Shown: positions 56,090 to 64,000 of the stretch, piece by piece
Layout: every line of letters begins with the position of its first letter
Position numbering within the stretch: position 1 is the stretch's first letter
NCBI GenBank assembly: GCA_963737155.1
Contig: CAVTRN010000002.1
Span: 2,976,001 to 3,040,000, forward strand
Source: Nitrospirota bacterium
GTDB lineage: Bacteria > Nitrospirota > UBA9217
DNA: 64,000 nt
Direction: 5' to 3'
Translations under genes and position numbers: made by a program
The notes under the pieces: generated by a model
Told to the model about the DNA's origin: nothing
The model's database searches: none
The model's input: the letters and a program-made list of their open reading frames with translations, nothing else

Positions 56090-56440
56090 ATGAAAAAAAT
56101 ACTGGTTGTCGATGATGAGGAGAACATCCGGGAGTTGTACCGGATCGAATTCGAGGACATGGGGTATGCTGTGACCGTTGTCTCCGACGGAATTCAAGCG
56201 CTCAAGAAGATGGATACGGACAAGTTCGACCTTGTCACGCTGGACATGCGCATGCCAGATATAGACGGAATCGAGACGCTGCGCAAGATGAAGGAAAAGG
56301 ATAACGCGCTGCCGGTTATCATCTGTACGGCCTATGAAGAGTACAAACAGGACTTCGGCAGCTGGTGCTCCGAAGCTTACGTCGTAAAATCGGCGGATAC
56401 ATCACTCCTCCGCGAAACGGTCAAGAAGATTCTCGGATGA
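56090..56440 (+). CDS. Single-domain response regulator
   Basis: LVVDDE, LDMRMP, CTAY, VK; AAGGAGG RBS. Confidence 0.93.
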   Translation: MKKILVVDDEENIRELYRIEFEDMGYAVTVVSDGIQALKKMDTDKFDLVTLDMRMPDIDGIETLRKMKEKDNALPVIICTAYEEYKQDFGSWCSEAYVVKSADTSLLRETVKKILG

Positions 56441-57726
56441 ACGAGCGCGTCGAGCTCACTATTGAAAAACTGGTCTGTGGCGGAAACGGGCTGGCACGTC
56501 TAGACACGGGCCAAGTCGTGTTCGTCTCCGGCGTCCTGCCGCGCGAGCGAGTTGCCGTGGTTATCAGGCGGAAGCGAAAAGGCATTCTCGAGGCCGACCT
56601 CGTCAAAGTTCTGTCTTCCTCTCAGGACCGCAATGATCCGCCCTGCAGCGGGGAGAAACAATGCACCGGTGCGACATGGCCGCATATTGCCTACCCGGCA
56701 CAGCTTCGGTACAAGCAAGAGATTCTGCTCGATACGCTGGAGAAGATTGGCGGCATGAAGCCAGCCCGTCCCCTTCCCATTCTACCCTCTCCCCGGATTG
56801 ACCATTACAGGCTGCGCGCACAGTTCAATGTTCGCTCATCAGAAGGAAAACAACGGATTGGTTTTTTCCGACAGGGTTCCTATGACCTCATCGAGGTCGA
56901 AGATGCCTTTCTCATTGAGCCGCTCATCAACAAGACGCTGAACGCCATCCGGTTTCTGGAACCGAAACTGCCACCTCTGAAGGAAATCCATATCAACGCA
57001 ACCTCGGCCGGGGAAGTTCACTTGTTATTTTTCAGCGAGCAGAACACTCTACCTTCAGTGGATACATTCTTTGGCGAACTCAGAAAGGCAATACCCGAAG
57101 TGATCGGGATCACGGGATTCGCAAACCGCAAAAAAGCGTTCACCATCGGGAATAACCAGCTGACACTCGAAAATCAGGAGTTGACGTTCCACACTACGGA
57201 GGGGAACTTTTACCAGGTCAACTGGGAGCAGAACAAGAACATGGTGAAAACCGTGCTCGAATTCGCTTCCCTCACAGGGAATGAAACCGTGCTCGACCTC
57301 TACTGCGGAATCGGAAATTTCGCTTTGCCCCTCGCAAAACGGGCTAAAACCGTTATCGGGATTGAATCGGGATATTCGGCCATTGAGGATGCTAAAGCCA
57401 ACGCCATATTAAATGGCATCAAGAATACCGAATTCATTGCCGATGACCTCCAGAAGGGGCTGAAGACCTTGATACAGCGCAAATTGCGAGCCCATACCAT
57501 CGTCCTCGATCCGCCTCGCGCCGGAGCAACCTTAAAAACACTGGAACGTGCGCTCGCCTTTGTCCCGCAGAAGATCATCTATGTTTCCTGTAATCCCTCG
57601 ACGCTCGCGCGAGACCTCAATTTTTTCCACCTTTTCGGCTTTTTCCTTGACCGGCTTCAACCGGTGGACATGTTCCCCTGGACCTATCACATAGAATGCG
57701 TAGCGGAAATGGTGAGAACAGCTTGA
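56437..57726 (+). CDS. rlmD: 23S rRNA (uracil-1939-C5)-methyltransferase RlmD family
   Basis: TRAM N-terminus, FYQVN, DLYCGIG, LDPPRAG, YVSCNP and DMFP motifs. Confidence 0.9.
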   Translation: MNERVELTIEKLVCGGNGLARLDTGQVVFVSGVLPRERVAVVIRRKRKGILEADLVKVLSSSQDRNDPPCSGEKQCTGATWPHIAYPAQLRYKQEILLDTLEKIGGMKPARPLPILPSPRIDHYRLRAQFNVRSSEGKQRIGFFRQGSYDLIEVEDAFLIEPLINKTLNAIRFLEPKLPPLKEIHINATSAGEVHLLFFSEQNTLPSVDTFFGELRKAIPEVIGITGFANRKKAFTIGNNQLTLENQELTFHTTEGNFYQVNWEQNKNMVKTVLEFASLTGNETVLDLYCGIGNFALPLAKRAKTVIGIESGYSAIEDAKANAILNGIKNTEFIADDLQKGLKTLIQRKLRAHTIVLDPPRAGATLKTLERALAFVPQKIIYVSCNPSTLARDLNFFHLFGFFLDRLQPVDMFPWTYHIECVAEMVRTA

Positions 57727-58157
57727 AATCGGAAACAGCTATCGTTCAGTAAATGGCCATTTCCCACCAGTGCCGCCTGTAAGATTTTTCGATAACGTTT
57801 TGCGCGGCATTCATGATGACCTTCTTTTTTTCGTGCTTCCGAAATCGGTATCCGTATTTGTTGATTGTTTCTCGATGATTCACTGTAGAATGATCTGCTC
57901 ATCCTTCCTGCCAATCAGCGAAGCCCTATGATTCACGAAATGCACTTCGGTGATAACTCTTTTCACCATCGTAATATTCGTGATAGCTTTATCATGTCAC
58001 GAGCGGAGATTTTTTTCATATATCCCACTCTCCGCTTTTCCCATCCGTACAGAAGTCTCACCTAGAAGGTTTGCGCATGTGCAACCCGCAGGAGACAGGG
58101 GCAAAGCAAGAACCAGCATCAGCAGGCTGGTTATTTCCGACTTTCGTAAACATACTT

Positions 58158-59204
58158 TCACCTTTCACCTAATGATCCACTGACTCTTAGAACCTTTGCT
58201 CCTCTGATCTTCCGTTCTTTCAGTTCGAGAAGCGCCCTGTTAGCCTGATCAAGCGAATACTCCTCAATTTCCGGCCTGATCCGCATCTCAGCCGCAAGCG
58301 AGATAAATTCCTCGACATCCCTGCGTGTTATATTTGCCACGCTCTTAATCTCCTTCTCCATCCAGAGATCACGTGGATAATCAAGAGCAAGGAGCGCATC
58401 CCTATCGCGCTCTTCTTTGCGGATTGCATTGATAACGAGACGGCCCCCTCGTTCAAGATGTTTCAAAGACTCGACGACCGGTTTCCAGGCCGGCGTTGTA
58501 TCGATAATAGCATGGAGTTTTTCAGGCAGATTATCTGATGTATCACCTGCCCATTGGGCACCGAGTTCCCGGGCAAATGCCCGCTCTTGTTCCGTGCGGG
58601 AAAAGACGAATATCCCCGCCTTTGGATAGAGATGCTTTACCATTTTGAGCACAAGATGGGCCGATGCACCGAAGCCGGTAAGCCCTATGTTCTCGCAGTC
58701 ATGCATGTCGGCGAGCTTGAGCGACCGATATCCGATGGCACCGGCGCACAAAAGCGGCGCTGCTTCGGCATCGGAAAACTGCTCCGGAATCGGGTAGGCG
58801 AAAGCATCTGGGACAGTCGTGTATTCTCCATATCCGCCGTGTGCATCCCGGCCTGTTGCTTTGAAATCATCGCATAGGTTTTCCATTCCTTCCTTGCAGT
58901 ATTTACATCTGCCACAGGCTGAATGGATCCAGGCGATGCCGATCCGTTCTCCGATGGTAAACCGGCTTGCTTTGCTCCCAATCTTTTCTACGCGGCCCAC
59001 GATCTGGTGTCCCGGAATGATCGGAAATCTCGAAGGTGGCATTCTGCCTTCGATCTCGTCCAGTTCGGTGTGGCACACGCCGCAAATCGAGACCTTGACA
59101 AGAATTTCATTCTCACCCGGTGACGGAGCGGGCAATTCAACGAGTTCGAGCGGTGATTTGTTGACTTCAAGGCTGGTAATTTTTTTAAGCACCATGGCTT
59201 TCAT
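58158..59204 (-). CDS. Zinc-dependent alcohol dehydrogenase family protein
   Basis: CGVCHTELD, PGHQIVG, CGRCKYC..NLC and LLCAG motifs. Confidence 0.92.
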   Translation of the reverse strand: MKAMVLKKITSLEVNKSPLELVELPAPSPGENEILVKVSICGVCHTELDEIEGRMPPSRFPIIPGHQIVGRVEKIGSKASRFTIGERIGIAWIHSACGRCKYCKEGMENLCDDFKATGRDAHGGYGEYTTVPDAFAYPIPEQFSDAEAAPLLCAGAIGYRSLKLADMHDCENIGLTGFGASAHLVLKMVKHLYPKAGIFVFSRTEQERAFARELGAQWAGDTSDNLPEKLHAIIDTTPAWKPVVESLKHLERGGRLVINAIRKEERDRDALLALDYPRDLWMEKEIKSVANITRRDVEEFISLAAEMRIRPEIEEYSLDQANRALLELKERKIRGAKVLRVSGSLGER

Positions 59205-59410
59205 GATTTCACTCCAGCACGTAACGTTGATGAAAGCATCAATAACTCCTGATGAAACCTGCGGGTACAATAATGGAGAACCAAATGACAGGTGTGTATC
59301 TGTTGGAGCGTGAGATCAGTCTTCTGAAACTTATTATAGCAGGATCGAAACGTCCGAAGGACACAAAGGGGATTGATGAGACGGCAAACTGCAGCTTCCT
59401 CAGCAGATCT

Positions 59411-59518
59411 TCAGTTCAGTCTTTGCGTTTGGTGGAATGTAGATGCGGCCTTGATGATTTCGTGCAGATGTTCCCGGTCCACCGACTGATCGGTGAATTG
59501 ACGAATGTTAGAACGTAT
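59411..59518 (-). pseudogene. Nitroreductase N-terminal remnant
   Basis: IRSNIRQFTDQSVDREHLHEIIKAA resembles RRSIRxF..V...L..II.A; no start codon; truncated. Confidence 0.45.
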
Positions 59519-59649
59519 GTAACTCCCTTCGGGAAGGTTCATGCGAAACGTTTCCGTTACACCGCGCTATGGCCCTTTTCCGGCAATGAACCATGCTCGC
59601 TGGACTGTCTGGAAATAGCGTTCTGAAAGGGCTTCGCTGCTAAACGATG

Positions 59650-60456
59650 CTACTTAACCATATCCCCGTATTCCAGAGGTCTGCGGTGCTTGAGAAACCC
59701 CCAGGTATCAGCCGCGTCTTTGCGCTCCGCCAAATCAATGTTTGCGATGACAATGGCTTCCTTGCCTCCTGCCAGATCCGACGCCATCTCGCCCCAGGGG
59801 TTGGCGCAGAAGCTCCTTCCATAGAACGAGATTCCCTCTTCCTGTCCCACCCGATTAACACGGAAAATGAATAGATTGTTTGCAAAAGCGTTTGCCATGA
59901 TCGCCCGTTCCCACAAATTGTGAGTATTGTTCGACGATGCAGTGGGCGAGAAGATGATATCAGCCCCTTTGAGCGCTAGGATACGCGCACCCTCGGGAAG
60001 CAGGTTGTCCCAGCAGATCTGGACGCCGATTCTGCCGCGCGATGTTTCGAAAACAGGGAATCCCAATGATCCGGGAGAGAAGTAGTATTGCTCCCGGTAG
60101 AACGGGAGGTCCGGAACATGTATTTTACGGTATACGCCGGTCAGCTTGCCGACATCGATCACCGCCGCGCTGTTATAGTACGCGCCGTCTGCGGACTCGA
60201 AAAAAGGGACGATGATGACTGTTTTGGACTTTTCGGAGAATGCCTGAAATTGCTTCAGCGATTCGCCAGAGGCGTCCTGCGCCCGGGAGAGCTGCGACTT
60301 TTCCTCCTCCCGGGGAAACCAAGGATACAGAAACAGTTCAGGATAGCAAATGATTCCTGCGCCCTTTTCAACTGCAATTTCTGCCATCTCCAAGGCGCGC
60401 TGGATATTCCGGTTAATATGCTGATTTGGAATCATTTGTATACCGGCGATACGCAT
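59650..60456 (-). CDS. Carbon-nitrogen hydrolase (nitrilase superfamily, N-carbamoylputrescine amidase-like)
   Basis: Catalytic triad motifs YPELF, YRKIH and QICWD. Confidence 0.9.
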   Translation of the reverse strand: MRIAGIQMIPNQHINRNIQRALEMAEIAVEKGAGIICYPELFLYPWFPREEEKSQLSRAQDASGESLKQFQAFSEKSKTVIIVPFFESADGAYYNSAAVIDVGKLTGVYRKIHVPDLPFYREQYYFSPGSLGFPVFETSRGRIGVQICWDNLLPEGARILALKGADIIFSPTASSNNTHNLWERAIMANAFANNLFIFRVNRVGQEEGISFYGRSFCANPWGEMASDLAGGKEAIVIANIDLAERKDAADTWGFLKHRRPLEYGDMVK

Positions 60457-61431
60457 GGTATTCGAATTAAACAGTGACATGGTGATTCCAGAAACCGTTT
60501 TCAGGATTACGTTTCCGCACTTCGCGGGCAACGTGATAATTGGCAGACTGTTTCGGCAATTATATCGATTTTAACAGAAAATGTAAATTAGATATTCTTG
60601 GTCTTTCAAAGCCTTCGATTTCGAAACAATCTGCAGAAGACAGGATTGACGGATATCCAGGAATTGCCAAACCATCTCATTTCACGCTGATGTTTCAAAA
60701 AGGAAGGGTTTGAAATTATCCAGAGAATGAGTGGTAGCAGAAGCTTCAGACTTTGAAACATAACTTCAGCGCCGCTTTATTATGAGTGGTATTCTGGGAG
60801 TCATCACCATGAAGGACATGACGATAATCATATTAATTTATATCCAGCAGATCAGAAGATCACCTTTTTCCGATAGCTCGTAGGATAAGGTGATGTGCGC
60901 CACAAGCCAATTCAGTATAATTATCTATGCTCGTAAAACGGGATACCAGATTATAATAATGAGTCCTTTTGAGAAGAAAAGGTGTACGTTCTCATAACTC
61001 GTGGGACTCCAGCGTGCTAAGTAATGAGTACATCAGTCATAAATGATAATTCCACGATAAGATTGTTCTATAAGATAATATATTCCAGCATTTTCGCACA
61101 AAAAAAGACTGAAATTAAAGCTAGAGGGAATAAAATAAAGATAAATGTCTTTCGCGATATAACATGACATTTAAAATAAACAAAAGTACGCACAATATCT
61201 TTATTTTATTCAGACGTCCCCGTTGAGCTGCAACGTTTCCCAGAATATTCAAAGATAGAAATTATCTCAGGCGAGCCCGATATTTTCGGGAAGACATGAA
61301 TAGCTAATGAAACCGATACATTTGGTCGTGCCTTGCAACCTGCGGGGCCCATGAAATTATTTGCGACTGTTGCCGGTAAATCTGTCCTGATCTTTTACAT
61401 CACTTTTATGAATCTATCTATCGAAAGAGCT

Positions 61432-62292
61432 TCAAGTCTCAAAGCCGGATAGGTCCTCCTTGCCTATTTCATCGGTCCTTCGCTCGAGTTCCGCGATGAC
61501 CTGAGCACCCAGCAAAAGGATCAATGCTATAGCTTCAGTAGTTAGAAGCGCCACCACTGCCGTGGCGAAGGATCCATAAATTAAATTTACCATGGAGATA
61601 ACCGTGTAATACCAAACCAGCACTCGTCGAGTGATTTCCCATAAAATCGTTGCGGCTACCCCTCCAATCAAAGCGCGCCGGAACGTAATATGGACAACAG
61701 GCATGACCAGATAGATAGATGTGAGCAACAGCACCTCACCAATGATCCCCATGATATACAAAGCAATGCCGGAGATTCCTTCCAGGCTCAATGTCCAACC
61801 AAACAGGATCAATTGTCTTCTTTCAAGGGTCTCTATTGCTCCAGTAATGAATGATACCAGCAAGATGCCAAGACCTAACACGAAGATGTATACATAGGGA
61901 AGAAGCGTGGAAATCAGGAAGGGGCGGTGTTTTACTCTGACCCGGTGAAAAAAGATAACTGACATAGCATTTTCAAGAACGGTAAATGCTATAGAACTAA
62001 AAAAAAGCATCGCCAGGAATCCAATTGCACCAATCATATTCCGATGCACAAGAAATACCCGCACCTGCTCAGTCAAGGTTGTGGCATAGCCTGGAATAAT
62101 CATTTCCAGATAGATGGATAAGGTATGAAATAACTGGTCTTCCTCGATAAAATGAGACAACCCCACAAGAGCGAGAATCGACATGGGCACAATCGACAAT
62201 AGGGTGTAATAGGCAACAGCACCGCATAACAGCAGGCCCTGATTGCGCTTGAAATCGCGTAGAATACTCACCAGGAAGCTGATAAACCGCAT
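61432..62292 (-). CDS. YihY/virulence factor BrkB family membrane protein
   Basis: AVAYYTLLSIVP, IYGSFA, LLGAQV; multiple TM helices; GGAGGAGG RBS (alternative start at 62328). Confidence 0.9.
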   Translation of the reverse strand: MRFISFLVSILRDFKRNQGLLLCGAVAYYTLLSIVPMSILALVGLSHFIEEDQLFHTLSIYLEMIIPGYATTLTEQVRVFLVHRNMIGAIGFLAMLFFSSIAFTVLENAMSVIFFHRVRVKHRPFLISTLLPYVYIFVLGLGILLVSFITGAIETLERRQLILFGWTLSLEGISGIALYIMGIIGEVLLLTSIYLVMPVVHITFRRALIGGVAATILWEITRRVLVWYYTVISMVNLIYGSFATAVVALLTTEAIALILLLGAQVIAELERRTDEIGKEDLSGFET

Positions 62293-62665
62293 CAGTCCCC
62301 TCCTCCCTAAGTATCGATAGTCCATCATAGGTCAGGAAGAAAATAATCATCCCTTTTTCTTCTGCTATCATTTCCCCGTGAAAGAGGATAAGGTGAACCC
62401 CGATCGAGATCGTAATGATTACAGCGCTCTTGCAGTCAGAAGAGTAGATAATTTGCATGTCGTACGTCTCAAGTTGGACCACGGAAAAGAGGAAGCGTAT
62501 TCACAGTCTCCACCCTTTTTCTCCGGACGTATGCATAAATCACATAAAGAGGAAATGTGTGCGTATATGCATACCCTCTCTTCAAAATAACCTTCTGGAT
62601 CTTTCCCCCACCTCAGAGGAGGTTGGCCTCGCACAACGCTGAATTATTCACTCTCCCTACACGGC

Positions 62666-62944
62666 TCATGCATGCTGCCACTTTTCTTTCTCCTGGATAT
62701 ATGCGTTTTTACCCGCATCGATGGCGTTCGCAACTGCTGTTCTGCCTTCATCATAGAGGTTCTTCCCCTTATCGATGGCCACGGTAACTCGGTCCTTCGT
62801 CGTAGTGGCGAACCGCTTCATGTCGTTCCTTATTTCTTTCCCCGGCTTTGGTGCAAGCAGAAATGCTAATCCTGCCCCCACAACACCTCCCACGAGAAAT
62901 GATAGTATCAGGGTGCTACCCTTATTCGTTAGTTCTTCTTTCAT
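62666..62944 (-). CDS. YtxH-like protein
   Basis: FLVGGVVGAGLAFLLAPKPGKEIR motif; AAGGAG RBS. Confidence 0.9.
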   Translation of the reverse strand: MKEELTNKGSTLILSFLVGGVVGAGLAFLLAPKPGKEIRNDMKRFATTTKDRVTVAIDKGKNLYDEGRTAVANAIDAGKNAYIQEKEKWQHA

Positions 62945-63405
62945 AGATCATCGCTCCTTTCTTTGTCCATAATCTTCTCCAGCGTTATTACGAGGCCAGT
63001 ACCCCCTGGCTAATGCCACATACAGTTTCTCCTTTATTACAAGTTCTCTACGAACTCTAATTCTACTATAAGTATATCACCGGTTTTTAAATTGAGTTAC
63101 GGATGTGAAGAATAAACCCATCTTTTTTAAAAGTAACAGATAGGTGAAGACTGTCTCTTTATTCACGATAACGATTCATTTTTGGTTGCTTATAAACCAG
63201 CACCTCATATCCCCACTCTGGTGAGACGGGGTATAACGGCGCAGAAGGATAATATCGCCTCTACCGGCAATTGTCCGCTATTCTATGAAACACTGGAGGA
63301 TCCCATCTTCGGGGCTTTTATTGTGACCTAGTGAACAGGGGGGTAGGCATTCAGGAACATAAGCAATATTTAGCAGAATGACATGGAAATGAACTGAAAT
63401 TTATG

Positions 63406-63738
63406 TCAGGCGCCAGTGATGGCTTTTTTCTTGGCGGCATGCTGCTCGAAGAGAACTTCCTTCATCAGCGTGCATGCTTCAATAACTTTTGGATTCGCCA
63501 CGCGGTAGAAGATGTTCACACCTTCGCGCCGCGTCATGAGGATACCTTTATGCCTCATTACAGCAAGATGCTGCGATACATTCGCCTTCGAGGCGCCGAG
63601 TACCATTACTAGTTCGGTAACGGTCTTCTCTTCGTTTTTCAGTACATTTAATATTTCGATTCGCTTCGGATTGGTGAGAGTCTTGCAAATATCTGCCTGC
63701 ATTTCGCAAATAAATTTATTACTAGTAAGCTGTTTCAT
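63406..63738 (-). CDS. ArsR/SmtB family transcriptional regulator
   Basis: KTLTNPKRIEIL, VSQHLAVMR and RREGVNIFY motifs. Confidence 0.9.
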   Translation of the reverse strand: MKQLTSNKFICEMQADICKTLTNPKRIEILNVLKNEEKTVTELVMVLGASKANVSQHLAVMRHKGILMTRREGVNIFYRVANPKVIEACTLMKEVLFEQHAAKKKAITGA

Positions 63739-64000
63739 GTTTTCTTTGTACAGTGAACAGCATTTTTTGTCAAGTAGTAAATAACTTATTATTCTTTTGC
63801 CAATTATAGAACGGATGTTTTTAATTTTTAAAAAGCAGGAATCAACCTGTTTCGTAATGGGCATACCTTGAGCTGAGGTTTAAAACCAATAGTCATGCAA
63901 GATGTAGAAGTTGTTTGTGGCGATCGTGCTGGTACAACAAAGCATCATTATGTCTCCATATTTTTGTACAAATCAGCTGGACTACATGACCGATTATTTT

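Overview
Bacterial chromosomal window. The gene content (class II B12-dependent RNR, TatD-radical SAM fusion, PSP1, MinD-like plus J-like/HTH pair, a Sec codon) suggests a Nitrospirota or Desulfobacterota-type anaerobe or microaerophile; this is inference only. Positions 1-9.6 kb are an accessory island ending at the 3' end of tRNA-Glu. It carries an AraC-linked oxidoreductase cluster, a decayed HEXXH peptidase, katG, a lone integron-type attC site and a phage-type integrase remnant with arm repeats and an IHF site. The rest is mostly core genome: tRNA-Glu/Lys, purA-serA-aminotransferase, ttcA, nrdJ with NrdR boxes, scpA/scpB, transaldolase, purH, tatD, metG, holB, tmk, a trpE/pabB-like gene, a PCD-folM-folB-folK-folE pterin cluster, galT-glgA-GAF kinase-response regulator-rlmD, and others. 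Several pseudogenes are also present (ISL3, L,D-transpeptidase, nitroreductase). The most notable signals are: (1) an unannotated ~315-nt GGA-rich structured ncRNA with paired ends, its own promoter and a boxA-like leader (CsrB/Rsm-like candidate); (2) a secreted DUF1573 selenoprotein (UGA plus SECIS-like hairpin) truncated by the ORF track; (3) a HEAT-repeat gene between scpA and scpB; (4) a desulforedoxin-like domain fused to a histone-H1-like tail. All calls come from reading the sequence; no database searches were run.
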